Of a stretch of 64,000 nucleotides of DNA, positions 1 through 10,837 are shown piece by piece. A program made the position numbers and the translations under genes. Each line of letters begins with the position of its first letter. The stretch's first letter is position 1. This stretch comes from an uncultured Nitrososphaerales archaeon (GTDB taxonomy: Archaea; Thermoproteota; Nitrososphaeria; Nitrososphaerales; Nitrososphaeraceae). Below the pieces are notes generated by a model. That model was given only the letters and a program-made list of their open reading frames with translations. It was not told the origin of the DNA and did not search any database. Location of the stretch: contig CAVOHZ010000008.1 of the NCBI GenBank assembly GCA_963695855.1, positions 32,001 through 96,000 of the forward strand, in the 5' to 3' direction.

Positions 1-502
1 ATTGTTTAATGTAGAATTATCAACAAGTGTAAAATCATACTTTAGTATTTTTGTGTCTTAATTGTATACAGGACTGTAAAGTTCTATCACAAAGGTATCT
101 TGTTGGCCTTTTTGTATCTCATCAACAATTAAAGCAGGCATTTGGTGGTACTTTAGCATAACTTTCCTCTGCTCCTTTTAGCATATCCCAGACATCTACA
201 AAATGTTGTGTAGTCAATGATGTAACATTTCTATTTGGTATGTCTTTCAAAGAGACTGTTTTATCAGAAACATCATTTAATTGCAATAAATAAGCAGTAG
301 AATTGATTTCTGAAATTGTGCCAGAATTTGCTTGTTGAATGTTTAAAATTCGGGAGGTAAAGAATTTGCCAAGATTATTATCATTTATATCATCTTCTGA
401 ATAGATTGATTGAAATGATGTTCCTGTACTGACAAGTATTGTTGTTATTACAAATGAAAATGACAACAGGCAAAGCAATCTAAAATTTTTAATTTTATTC
501 AC
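1..502 (-). pseudogene. Secreted hypothetical protein, frameshifted; runs off the window start
   Basis: N-terminal hydrophobic signal. After VPPNA a one-base shift continues as ALIVDEIQKGQQDTFVIELYSPVYN*DTKILKYDF, with an in-frame TAA. Confidence 0.6.
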
Positions 503-678
503 TGATATTTGATTACGAAAATGTTTGATATTAAAATTTTGATTTCTTATTTTAGCTATACAATTTGAATTTCATGATTATTACTACATCTACAATAATA
601 TTTCTTCGTTTCTTATCATTCTACCGTTAGAAAAATATTACTTTCTCTTCAATATATTCAAGATGGCATCCGATTATT

Positions 679-1686
679 ATGGAAAGAGTACCAGTTACTA
701 AAGAGAACTTTATTCAGATCCTTGTTGACTATACTGAATGGAAATATAGCGATGAGATCAAAAATTCAATAAATGAATGTACATGGGATCTTGAATTTGA
801 AAGTGATGAATTTATCTATAAACAACTTTTGTTCTGGTTTATCTTTGAAAGAATAAATCCAACCACTGGTAAAACAATACTTGATGAATTTATAGAGTTT
901 ATTTCAACGGATCCCAACAATCGTATTCAGATTGGAAGATTCCTGAGTATGAGAGAAATAATATCAGATACCTTCAAGATAATCGATAGAAAAAAAGATA
1001 ATATGATTGTCCTTAAAGGACTATCAAACCAGAAAAAATACATGGTAAAGATTCTTCCAGAACAGATAGAACAATATACTCCTGGAAGGTTGGTAATGGC
1101 AAAGATTTTTCCTTGGGAAAATTATTACAGGTTTGCTGGAATAACAAAGATAAAAGTATACCAGGACAACAAGAAAAATTTTCAAGGCATTATCACACCA
1201 GAGATGGTAGAACAGATTCAAGACTATTTTGAAAAAAGATTTGTAAAAGATGCAGAATCAATAATTATAAGCAGGCGATCGACTTTATCCGGAATGCTTA
1301 ATAAGTTTCCGTACTGGTGGATAGATGGAATATCGGCTTCATTACTTTTAAACAAAAAAGGGAAAAAAAAGGAAAAAGTAAAGAGAATTGTTGAAGTACT
1401 TGTTAATTCTAACCGATTGAATGATTTGGTCAATAATACCTTACCAAAAGACTCACAACAAGCACTTTTGTTTATTAAGCAAAAAGGAGGTGTAGTAAAA
1501 TACAAAGAGATTGTAGCGAAATATATCGATGATACAAATCTTTCCTGGGGAAAAGATCCACCAAATTCATCTATAGGATTACTTCGTAGACATGGTTTGG
1601 TTATAGCAGGAAGAATGTTAATAAACAATAGATTCTATAAGGTGATTTTGATCCCAAAAGAAATATTGGAAAAACTGAGTTTCTGA
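679..1686 (+). CDS. Hypothetical protein (335 aa), possible C-terminal winged-helix-like region
   Basis: Long ORF in AT-rich DNA; no diagnostic motif recognised. Confidence 0.7.
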   Translation: MERVPVTKENFIQILVDYTEWKYSDEIKNSINECTWDLEFESDEFIYKQLLFWFIFERINPTTGKTILDEFIEFISTDPNNRIQIGRFLSMREIISDTFKIIDRKKDNMIVLKGLSNQKKYMVKILPEQIEQYTPGRLVMAKIFPWENYYRFAGITKIKVYQDNKKNFQGIITPEMVEQIQDYFEKRFVKDAESIIISRRSTLSGMLNKFPYWWIDGISASLLLNKKGKKKEKVKRIVEVLVNSNRLNDLVNNTLPKDSQQALLFIKQKGGVVKYKEIVAKYIDDTNLSWGKDPPNSSIGLLRRHGLVIAGRMLINNRFYKVILIPKEILEKLSF

Positions 1687-1990
1687 ATAAGGAGAAAAAT
1701 TGCTGTATAAATATATTGACAAATAAGTTCCATTGAAATATTGTGAAATTAGGATATCTGGATAGTTACTCTAACGGTAACAATATATAATTTAAAAAGA
1801 TTTAATAATATTGAAACTATTTTTGGTTATATAGTAATCAATTATAGATAAAGTTTCCTGAAATACATATTTAATATTTATTGCTATTTATGAATATGCC
1901 AGTAATATTATCTTCTTTGCATGAACGTCATAATAGTGGATGTTACAAATTTAGTAAAAAGATTTTCTTCTAATGTAGTCCGCTCCAAAA

Positions 1991-2065
1991 ATTAAATTCC
2001 TAATAATTAAATGATATATATGCAAGTTAGTAGAACCCTGCTACATGGAGGATCCAACTCCCGAC
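1991..2065 (+). repeat. Dispersed intergenic repeat copy 1 (variant A, degenerate)
   Basis: ATTAAATTCCT-AATAAT head, then TAGAACCCTGCTACATGGAG and ACTCCCGAC shared with other copies. Confidence 0.55.
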
Positions 2066-2233
2066 AGGCACGAAGATTTTTAGGTGATTTTTTAATTTAG
2101 AAATATGAATAAAATCCGAATAAAATGACATCGTTCAAATTATAAAATAAATTAATATTTAATTTAATTTTCTGTACATTTGAATTGTTATATTCTTGAT
2201 CTAATTATATTGATAAATAACCAATTTGAATTT

Positions 2234-2920
2234 TCAACCTTCATATCCGCATTCACCAGATCTCGGTGAATTGACTATTGACAACATCATTTCTTCACCA
2301 CATTTATGATGTTGTATACAATTATCACAAAACGATGCTTTATTTCTGTCTTTTTCATGGATACAAATAGTACAAATTTTTGAAGCATCTTCTTTTTTAC
2401 ACTTTGCACATTTGAAAACAAGTGTATTGTTTCTGGCAACAAGTTTAATCTTTTCATTTTTTTTATTACTTAGAATCTTACCTGGTCTATCTGAAATAAC
2501 ACTAATTACAAGTTCAGTACTACTTCCATAATCATATATATAATCCAAATTCATTCCAGGTTGAAATATACCGCTTACAGGTATTGACATGCCCTTACGA
2601 TTTTCATATCTTTTACCATTAATAGTAAAATCACTTAAATGACCACAACATTCAAGCCAGGTATCTCTCAAGAACTTGTCTATATCCTTGAGTTTGCTTC
2701 TACCATCAGATTCAATAAACATCCAGTATTCTGGATAATATTTTGAAGAGATTTTTAATAGAAAAATAATATTTTTATTATCACTTGATATATTATTTTT
2801 GAGTATTTCAAAGTGAATATTTTTTCTTTGTTCGCAAGATTCAAGATGTTTAGCCATAGTAATACCATCATAATCTTTTGAGCAATAGGAACAATTTCCA
2901 TAAGTAACTGTCTTTTTCAC
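2234..2920 (-). CDS. pRiA4b ORF-3-like / IS1096 passenger TnpR-like protein with Cys-rich Zn-binding ends
   Basis: DKFLRDTWLECCGHLSDF, YIYDYGSST and C-terminal NSPRSGECGY, plus several CxxC motifs. Confidence 0.75.
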   Translation of the reverse strand: MKKTVTYGNCSYCSKDYDGITMAKHLESCEQRKNIHFEILKNNISSDNKNIIFLLKISSKYYPEYWMFIESDGRSKLKDIDKFLRDTWLECCGHLSDFTINGKRYENRKGMSIPVSGIFQPGMNLDYIYDYGSSTELVISVISDRPGKILSNKKNEKIKLVARNNTLVFKCAKCKKEDASKICTICIHEKDRNKASFCDNCIQHHKCGEEMMLSIVNSPRSGECGYEG

Positions 2921-2999
2921 AATGATACGTATTTTAAATTATTATTTATTAGTTTTGAGTAATATATGGATAATCAGAAATTGAAAACAAAGGCTATAT

Positions 3000-3104
3000 A
3001 TTTAAAGTTACATGATAATAACTAAATATCAAATAAAATTTTAAATATTTTCATTGTATCACAAAATTGGACTCCTTTTTTCGCATCACTATCGGTATTA
3101 CTCC
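3000..3104 (+). repeat. Dispersed intergenic repeat copy 2 (variant B)
   Basis: CATGATAATAACTAAAT head, then TTGGACTCCTTTTTTCGCATCACTATCGGTATTACTCC. Confidence 0.65.
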
Positions 3105-3156
3105 AAATGAAGTGAAACATTCACAAAATTTTAAATTGATTGAATCTATTTTATTA

Positions 3157-4029
3157 TCATTTATTACTTTTGATATAATTCTTAATAAACCACAATAAAA
3201 AATGATTCCATTCATCTTTAGTTTGTGATCTTTCTAATGAATTGTAATAGCTATTTCTTCCTTCATATGGAATATTAAACATAGGATATCCACTTTTATT
3301 TAAAACAAAATTCATCATTAACCTTGATATTCTACCATTTCCATCGCCGAATGGATGAATAGTTACAAATTTTAGATGAACAAATGCTGCTAATTCAATA
3401 GGATGCAACTTTTCTTTTTTATTATACCATTTAAAAAACTCTATTAGTAATGGGTAAATTTCTACTGGTAATGGAGGAATAAACTTGCTACCTGAAATTC
3501 CAACTTTGTGTTTTCTTATATTCCCAGAAATATCTGGTTTTGTATCCTGAAAGAGAACTTTATGCCATTCTAAGATTGCACTATATGATAAATCTTTTTT
3601 ATATTTTAATATTTTATAAAATAATTTTTTATGAGATTCTGCTTCTTTAATATCTTCAATAGGTTTATCTTTTGGAGTAATTCCTTTCTCCAATAAATTT
3701 GCAGTATCTCTTAATGATAATGTTGAACCTTCTATTCTTTGGGTATCATAAGTAAATCTGGTAGCAAATAATACTATTGATTTTTCTTTAATAGATCTTG
3801 GCATATTTTTGATTTCTTTATTGTAATTATTTTTTATGAGTTCAATAGAATCATACAATTCTTTGTAAGATTCTCTAAATATTTTGATCTTTAATTCATC
3901 TATATTTTTAGGTATTTGTTTCCCAATGTATTTTTCTCTATATTCTACTCTACCTGCTTTTCTTATTGTTTGTTGAAGATAATAGTATACATTACCTTTA
4001 TTGTCCTTTTTTTTCTTTATTGATACCAT
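3157..4029 (-). CDS. Fic family protein (class II, N-terminal inhibitory motif)
   Basis: Canonical HPFGDGNGRISR Fic motif; TQRIEG fits the (S/T)xxxE(G/N) inhibitory helix. Confidence 0.92.
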   Translation of the reverse strand: MVSIKKKKDNKGNVYYYLQQTIRKAGRVEYREKYIGKQIPKNIDELKIKIFRESYKELYDSIELIKNNYNKEIKNMPRSIKEKSIVLFATRFTYDTQRIEGSTLSLRDTANLLEKGITPKDKPIEDIKEAESHKKLFYKILKYKKDLSYSAILEWHKVLFQDTKPDISGNIRKHKVGISGSKFIPPLPVEIYPLLIEFFKWYNKKEKLHPIELAAFVHLKFVTIHPFGDGNGRISRLMMNFVLNKSGYPMFNIPYEGRNSYYNSLERSQTKDEWNHFLLWFIKNYIKSNK

Positions 4030-4036
4030 GCAAACT

Positions 4037-4088
4037 ATACCCTTACAAATTGATATTTAAATATAATAATATTAAAATGTAAGGGTAT
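4037..4088. promoter_or_regulatory. Perfect 11-bp inverted repeat flanking the fic promoter
   Basis: ATACCCTTACA (4037-4047) and TGTAAGGGTAT (4078-4088) surround a TTTAAATA TATA-like box. Confidence 0.55.
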
Positions 4089-4118
4089 TCAATTGTTTGA
4101 ATAATTAATTTTATGAAT

Positions 4119-4163
4119 GTTACCATAAAAGCTAAATACATGGTAGTTGAACCCTACTACATG
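4119..4163 (+). repeat. Dispersed intergenic repeat copy 3 (variant A)
   Basis: AAAAGCTAAATACATGGTAGTTGAACCCTACTACATG. Confidence 0.7.
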
Positions 4164-4313
4164 CAGGTTTTACTTTATTTCAAATAAATTTTGGTCAAAT
4201 CTGATAACTTTTCATTATAAATTTTAGTGAACAGCCATTATAAGATACCTTTGGAATTATGGGTTATTATACACATATTTATACTACTAAATATCCTAGA
4301 TGTCATTTTTTTG

Positions 4314-4616
4314 TTAAACCTTATAATATTTAGGTTTTGGTCCGACTTCTGACAGAAGTGTCTTAAAAATACTCTTATTATTGTCTATCTTAGTGATACA
4401 TACTTTGATATAATGCGGTGCTTCACCATGAGCGCAAGAATGAGCAATATCTCCCTCAATCTCATTACACCACACGTAAGCATGAAGGAAATATTGTGGA
4501 GCTTTGGCCTGAACACCACCAGAATAATTATCCCAATGCAGCTTTCTTAATTTAGAACTTTCTACTTCTGCAATCCTCCAATCATTCCACTTACGTCTTA
4601 CGGATATTTTTTCCAA
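4314..4616 (-). CDS. Hypothetical protein (100 aa)
   Basis: ORF with HSCAHG..PH.IKVC, a possible metal-binding cluster. Confidence 0.6.
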   Translation of the reverse strand: MEKISVRRKWNDWRIAEVESSKLRKLHWDNYSGGVQAKAPQYFLHAYVWCNEIEGDIAHSCAHGEAPHYIKVCITKIDNNKSIFKTLLSEVGPKPKYYKV

Positions 4617-4658
4617 ACCAATTAAAATTAATAAGTCACGTATTTTAATTTATTTAAT

Positions 4659-5110
4659 TTAGTATGTTAAAATTATCTTGTACTTTAAAGTAATATTTAA
4701 TCTCTCTTGTACTGATTTACGTGACCACATTTGGGGAACCGGTGGACTCCATGTATCAAAAGTTTCTGCAATTAAACCAATTTTAGGCCCTGAGATTTCA
4801 GGTATACCTTCATAAGATGGTCCTTCATAATTACATATAGTGTCCAATTAATTAATCGTAAAAGCCTCCTTTGTTTCACCAGATGCAAGCTTTGATTTAA
4901 TTTCGTCATTGTTATTATTGGTAATTATTTTTAATTTTGGTTTCTGGTCTTTAATATGCAATTTGTCTATTTTGCTTTCACCTTTGATAATGTAATCAAT
5001 ACTTCCAGTGACGAAGCATACTGTTTCTTCAATAAGCAATGGGTATACTATATTTCTTAACTCTAAATGTTCTAAAGAGTGATGTAATATAATTTCTAAA
5101 TATAGTTTCT
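4659..5110 (-). pseudogene. Degraded hypothetical gene
   Basis: ORFs 4848-5039 and 4659-4847 are in one frame, separated only by a TAA; the frame extends upstream (LEIILHHSLEHLELRNIVYP) without a start. Confidence 0.45.
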
Positions 5111-5524
5111 AGTGGTTTAAAAAATATCTAAAACCACCCATTTATGGAGTACATTTTAAAATACCTATTAATTAAAACAAAATTAACAATTATCTGTATA
5201 ATAATATTAAAGATGCATTTGTAATTATATAATATTTTTAACAAATTTTAAAGAATTTGTAAAATCTTGTTAAGATTAATATATAACTACAAAAGCTCAG
5301 CTTAAATCTGTATATGAGACTTAATACAAAAAAATCTAAATTTATATCAACAGCAACAACAAAAACCAGTGGACAATCCAGCAGAAGACAAAGGCCCTAT
5401 TCCAGTTGTATCAATTCAACAAGAACATAAAGATGAAACAGAAGAAGAGGATAACAACGAACGAAAACAACAAGAAGAACAACAATGAAGACGATTCAGA
5501 TTCAGGGGAGTGAATAAAGAAGAA

Positions 5525-5671
5525 ATGACAACAGTATATACAACAATTTGTATAAGATGCAGAAAGGAGTTTATCGAACAAACGGGAAAGGTTTGCATCT
5601 ATTGTAGTGGATTGGTTTGTCCTTTTTGTTTTAATAACCACATGGAAGAGAGACATAAGGGATGGCTATAA
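5525..5671 (+). CDS. 48-aa Zn-finger microprotein (not in the ORF track)
   Basis: MTTVYTTICIRCRKEFIEQTGKVCIYCSGLVCPFCFNNHMEERHKGWL: three CxxC and two His; stop abuts the convergent gene's stop. Confidence 0.65.
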   Translation: MTTVYTTICIRCRKEFIEQTGKVCIYCSGLVCPFCFNNHMEERHKGWL

Positions 5672-6082
5672 TCAAGGTAGACGCTTTAATTGGGTTTTAC
5701 ATTTCTCACAAAAATTAAATTCTTTATTATTTGGATAACGACAATTCCAACATATAACAAAGTCGACATTTTTAAAAATACGTTGTTTGGCTTTCTCTTC
5801 TAAGGCAGCCAATTCATCTTGATTATTTGAATATATATTATTAAGTACTGTCCTTACTATTGATGCAATAAAAAACATCCCATCTGGCTGTGCTTCTAAT
5901 CTTGTTTTTTGATTCACATTGTCATAACTAACTCCAAATTCTATTTTCAATGGAAGGACATTCTTATCTAAATCCTGATATACGTCTCGACGTATATCCT
6001 CAAATCTTGTCATACATTCCAAAAAAATTGTGTATTCTAATGGGTATTTCTGTTTAAAATATTCTAATGGGTCGTAACTCAT
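5672..6082 (-). CDS. Hypothetical protein with C-terminal zinc ribbon
   Basis: CWNC...N...FCEKCK zinc-ribbon motif. Confidence 0.7.
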   Translation of the reverse strand: MSYDPLEYFKQKYPLEYTIFLECMTRFEDIRRDVYQDLDKNVLPLKIEFGVSYDNVNQKTRLEAQPDGMFFIASIVRTVLNNIYSNNQDELAALEEKAKQRIFKNVDFVICWNCRYPNNKEFNFCEKCKTQLKRLP

Positions 6083-6111
6083 TCATTTGATATTCTGATA
6101 ATATCAATTAA

Positions 6112-6165
6112 ACTTTCACCCACTTTTCAACACCCAAATACAACACCCGAAGATTCAACAGAACC
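6112..6165 (-). mobile_element. Orphan IS6-like terminal inverted repeat
   Basis: Reverse strand reads GGTTCTGTTGAATC, with subterminal CAACACCC repeats; it abuts the truncated IS5 transposase. Confidence 0.5.
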
Positions 6166-6520
6166 AGATTTTTCAATTTCTATCATTTAAAGGAATTCAA
6201 CCAACAATTAAGGTAAGAAAGAATTCTAGATGTAGAAAGACTAACCATTATTTGAGAAACAAGAACGTACAATTACATAAAACCAATCTACAACAATGGA
6301 AGGATAGTGTAGACGATGGACAAAGATGGATTGTAGAAACAGTATTTTCCTGCATTAAGAGAATGTTTGGAGAATATGTTACTGCTATCAGATTTGAGAA
6401 CATGATAAAAGAGATGATATTAAAAGCATCATTGTATAACTGGTTTCAAAGTATAACTGTTACATAATTTACATTAGTAACAAAAAATAGATGATTATCT
6501 AAATGAGTTACGCAACAGAC
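6166..6520 (+). pseudogene. IS5-family transposase C-terminal fragment and element end
   Basis: KGIQPTIKVRKNS...GQRWIVETVFSCIKRMFGEYV...FENMIKEMILKASLYN, typical of IS5 DDE C-termini. Confidence 0.8.
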
Positions 6521-6756
6521 CAAAAATATGTATAAGTGTTTTTTGTAATTCCGAACATAGCCAATATATTTTTTAGTTTATTCAAACAATTATGATTTTA
6601 AAACAAATGTCGTATAATAGATTCAATCTAAGACCAATTTGTTCAATTTTCCAGTTATTGTTGAACAAATCAGATTCATAGAGTATGACATTCCATTCTT
6701 TTTTTTAAACCTTTTGAATTTGAAATATTCAATAGTCAAATAATATCATGATACTA

Positions 6757-6821
6757 TTAATAAAAGTTAAATACAAGGTAATAGAATCTCTACATTAGAC
6801 TCTTATTTTTCGCCTCTATCG
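6757..6821 (+). repeat. Dispersed intergenic repeat copy 4 (variant B, truncated)
   Basis: AAAAGTTAAATAC...ATCTCTACATTAGACTCTTATTTTTCGCCTCTATCG. Confidence 0.7.
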
Positions 6822-6881
6822 TATATCTTAATAAAATTCTAATACTCATTTTTTTTATTTTTTGACGATGGGTGTTAGAGG

Positions 6882-7112
6882 CTACCATAACACCCGCTCG
6901 GAGCAAGAAAGAATAGAGGAGTAGCAACTAATATTAAACCTGAATGAATAAAAATTTTGATTAAGAAGATTCGGAATTATGTTAGAGAAATATCCTACCT
7001 TTTTACATTCATTCATCTTTTCGAATTCAGTATCCCAGTTATCTATAACGTCAAAACCAAATAATACCTCGCCACGTTTAACAAGAGATTCATTGTACTT
7101 CTTGCCGTTCAC
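6882..7112 (-). pseudogene. IS5-family transposase N-terminal fragment
   Basis: KYNESLVKRGEVLFGFDVIDNWDTEFEKMN matches the IS5 N-terminal YN.SLV.RG motif; the sequence then diverges. Confidence 0.75.
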
Positions 7113-7199
7113 ATGTATATCATGACTAGGATATAGGTTATATAGCTAAATGTGTTAGGAATAGTAAGTTAGGCAACAAAGCATTTATTATTCTTAAAA

Positions 7200-7601
7200 G
7201 TGATACTAAATAATATGTCTAATGGTACTAGTCCAAAAAGTTCTTCTAAAAAGCCTACTAAAAATATCACAACAGCGAAGGAAGTAAAAGAAACAAAATC
7301 AGTTCCTATAACCGTACAATTAAACATACTTAAAGTTCTGCTAAATGACCGTTCTCTTATTCCATTATTGAGAATACTAAAAAAGAACAAAGAGTTGCAC
7401 ACAAGAGAATTACTTAGCAATATAGGAAGTTGGGGATATGGACAATCCTTAATGAAAAGAGCCACAAATTTAGGTTTGATTGAAAGAAAAGTAAAGAAAG
7501 AAAAATCTCCTGGGCGAGGTAAACCAAGGATTTATAATTCTTTAACAAATAAGGGTAGAGAAGTAATAGGATTAGCTGATAAAGTCGTATACACAAAGTA
7601 A
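7200..7601 (+). CDS. Winged helix-turn-helix DNA-binding protein
   Basis: LGLIER...GRGKPRIYNSLTNKGREV wing motif. Confidence 0.7.
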   Translation: MILNNMSNGTSPKSSSKKPTKNITTAKEVKETKSVPITVQLNILKVLLNDRSLIPLLRILKKNKELHTRELLSNIGSWGYGQSLMKRATNLGLIERKVKKEKSPGRGKPRIYNSLTNKGREVIGLADKVVYTK

Positions 7602-7962
7602 TTGTTTGGAAAAAACCTCTTATTTAGTATAACGTTACTAGTATTTGAACAAACTTTAGCCATAAGTAGATAAGAATTTTTGTTGTCTGATAGTAACTAA
7701 TAGTATCGAAGTTACTTCAAATATTAATCACTTTATAATGGTTTAAATGTATTAAGTTTTTTATCCTCTCCATAATGTATAACTATTGTAAGTCATGTGA
7801 ATATTAGGTAAGATGAATAGCTACGCTAAAATCATCCCCTGACGTTCACTATTCTGAAAGATTTAAAGAACTAAAATTAGCCATACATACCTTAAGTAAT
7901 GTTATCTAGGTCTAAACTTCTATCTTAAATTTCACATATTTCATTTTCAAAAATAATTAAAA

Positions 7963-8051
7963 ATTAAGTTTCTAATGATAAAAGCTAAATAGCAGGTTGT
8001 AGTATCTCTACATTAGACTCTTATTTTAGCACCGCTATAGGTGTTACTCCC
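7963..8051 (+). repeat. Dispersed intergenic repeat copy 5 (variant B, near complete)
   Basis: ATTAAGTTTCT-AATGAT-AAAAGCTAAAT...TATCTCTACATTAGACTCTTATTTTAGCACCGCTATAGGTGTTACTCCC. Confidence 0.8.
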
Positions 8052-8108
8052 CTACTTGCCTTGTCATATCAGTTTTTACATTTTGATACATTTTTACTTT
8101 TGAGGAGG

Positions 8109-8477
8109 TTATGAAAATATTTTGCTACGTCTTGAGATTATATTAATGGCTAAATAAGAAAGAGGAGAAGCAGCTATAGAAGATAATATTGCTGATTCAA
8201 AAGGTCTGAATCCTATTAGTAATAGTTCATATAGTATTATCCATCGTGATATATTATTAACAATATCAAAGATAGACCACGTAAATATCATCTTCTTTAT
8301 TATTTGTTTGAGGCGATTAAAATTAATCTCGCTACAAAATCGATTAGTATATTTTCGTTTATTATCGATATGAAAAAGTGCTATAAAAGATACCTTATAA
8401 ATTATAAATCCTCCAATCACTGTTATCGTAGAAGTAAATATGGTATTAGGAGAATATATTTTTGTACCTTTAATCAT
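8109..8477 (-). CDS. Membrane protein, probably 5'-truncated
   Basis: About three hydrophobic segments. Confidence 0.5.
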   Translation of the reverse strand: MIKGTKIYSPNTIFTSTITVIGGFIIYKVSFIALFHIDNKRKYTNRFCSEINFNRLKQIIKKMIFTWSIFDIVNNISRWIILYELLLIGFRPFESAILSSIAASPLSYLAINIISRRSKIFS

Positions 8478-8913
8478 ACCACGGTAAGATAAAAAATGGT
8501 TCGTTTCAATTGTAAACTATATAGCAAATGATTTAATAATATAAATGTCAGGTCTAGGACAATTAAAAAATGAAGAGTCTACTTATTAATTGGTCCTTTT
8601 TCTGAGCTTTTTCTCGACTCATCATACATACTACCCAGTTGTTTTCTTTTTATCGTCTTTACTATCTTTTTTCTTTTTTCTAAATCTAGAAAATAGTCCC
8701 ATAAAATTATAAAAGTGGGTTTCAGATAGATAAAGATATCTAGGATAACCTAGGGATAAGACAGTATAGAATATAGATGTTATAATAAAATAAATAAATC
8801 ACACTAGTAGTAAAAAAGATTTACAAATATAATCTAAATACCAAATAAAATCAATATAGATATACAACATTTACCACAACCATGCTTTAAAATAACAAAA
8901 ACCAACAGGTATT

Positions 8914-9078
8914 ATGGAAAAAGAGGAAAGGGATAAATCGCTTTTTGGTGATATTGCATCTGAGTTAAAAATTCAAGATGAAATAGAATCCTATGATAAT
9001 ATCATGGAACAACGCCCAAAATACAAGGTATGGTATAATTTATGTTTGGCATTGGATTCAATAGGATATCAAGAATAA
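8914..9078 (+). pseudogene. TPR-repeat remnant
   Basis: IESYDNIMEQRPKYKVWYNLCLALDSIG resembles one TPR unit, followed by an early stop. Confidence 0.35.
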
Positions 9079-9243
9079 ACCTAAAGTATTATAATAAATA
9101 TATAACGTGGTAGTTATACAATTATTAATGTTTCTCATACCAATTATTTTCATTTTTTATCAATAGATTAAAAAATATTAAAAGTATTGGTTAAGGTATT
9201 GTACTGATTTAATTTTTTAGTTATGACGTAGTTACTGTCTTTT

Positions 9244-9468
9244 CTATTTGTTTTGTATAAGAAATACTTTTTCATTCACACTTGCTATTGTCATTTGAAT
9301 GGATGTATCATTCAATTCCTTTTGTTTTTTTAAGAGGTACTTTGCTCCTCTTTTTTTAAAAATCTTATTTAATTTTTTGGATAGTTTATATAGTTCGTAA
9401 AAAGATTTACTATTTTGTTTTGCTGAAGGAGAAATATCCTCATTTGAAGAAGTATCAAAAGGGGGCAT
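9244..9468 (-). CDS. Hypothetical protein or fragment
   Basis: Short ORF only. Confidence 0.3.
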   Translation of the reverse strand: MPPFDTSSNEDISPSAKQNSKSFYELYKLSKKLNKIFKKRGAKYLLKKQKELNDTSIQMTIASVNEKVFLIQNK

Positions 9469-9939
9469 ATGTCAATGTTCCATCTGGCTGAAGTTTTGGA
9501 TTTGGAATAGCTTTTTGTCTATCAAATTCTACCTTACTTGTTATTGATGGAGAATATATTTAAGGACCATTATTATTTCCACTAGAAGATTTTTTTCGTT
9601 ACTCGCTTTGTTTTTGCCAATAGTCACATACTATACATATACACTCTAATATTTAATAGTTTGATACAATTAAATTGTTATAGCTGGGTGGTCATTATTC
9701 TTTGTAAGCTTCGAATCTCATGCGATTGATATATTTAGGACATTTATATAATATATCCCATACTTATATAGTATTTTTACCAATTTTTTGTAATTTAGTT
9801 ATTATTTTTACCTTAAACAATAAGGAAAGTTTGAAATATTTTACTTTCATAGTATGTGAAGTTATAAAGATTGACCACTTTTTTATGTATATTAATAGTT
9901 TATCTACACCCTTATTTACCTCTCTTCATATGCTAAAAA

Positions 9940-10479
9940 ATGTATGTTAATATGATGTCAACTAAAAAACAAGATAGAAAAGATGATAGTGAGGATTCAA
10001 TCGAAATTCATTCACAAACTGCAGAACAATTTCAACGAGAACAACAACAAACAGTTAACGAAGTAATAGATGAAACTAAAGATAATATCAAAAAAACAAT
10101 AGATGAAGCAAGAAGAGAGATTCCACGTTATACACAAATAGTTAATGATTTTCAGGAAAATAATATTCAGGCTATTAGAGAAATTACGGATAATTTTGTA
10201 GATTCTCAAAAAGATATTCTAAATAATTCATTACGCCTCTGGTCTGAGTGGACAGTTTCTCCAAGACAATTTGCTGAAAACTATGGAAAAATAGTTAGTA
10301 GTATTGCAGATAATACAGTTGCGGCAAGTAGAGTAATAAATAACACTGTATTTGCAAATCTAGATTCTGTCAATACATCTGTCAAGCACACCAAAGATAC
10401 TGTAAATGAACTATCAAAAATAGGAACCAATGTTGTTAAAACAGTTCAACAAGTTTCAAGACGCCAGTTAAAGCAATAA
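9940..10479 (+). CDS. Helical Nitrososphaeraceae-type conserved protein (possibly phasin-like)
   Basis: Q/N/E-rich amphipathic helices (QREQQQTVN...EARREIPRYTQ); family recognised from memory only. Confidence 0.6.
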   Translation: MYVNMMSTKKQDRKDDSEDSIEIHSQTAEQFQREQQQTVNEVIDETKDNIKKTIDEARREIPRYTQIVNDFQENNIQAIREITDNFVDSQKDILNNSLRLWSEWTVSPRQFAENYGKIVSSIADNTVAASRVINNTVFANLDSVNTSVKHTKDTVNELSKIGTNVVKTVQQVSRRQLKQ

Positions 10480-10837
10480 TAAGAAGAAACTCGAATTACT
10501 AACAACAACAATAAAATAAATAATAAGACAAAGAGTATCTATTTAGAGTAACATAAAATACTATAATCTCTTTTTTTTACATTTATTAATCTAGGTCATT
10601 GAACATAAGTATTAAGATAATGATGTTAGGTTTTTTACCAACACTGATGAGAGGCAAGCTGTTGAAAATTGACTTCAATATGTATAAAAATATATTAGAT
10701 GTACAATTTAAAAGTGTGATTCAATCAGTTAAATTATTTTTGCTAATTTTCTTTTTCCTTTATTCATAGATAATACAAATAGATAATTAAACTAAATATA
10801 TCTATATCAAATAGTTCCAATACTGTATAGAAATTGA

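Noticed and set aside
5411-5656. Minus-strand ORFs 5411-5656 and 5416-5598
   Set aside because: Antisense to purine-rich low-complexity sequence and to the Zn-finger microprotein on the plus strand.
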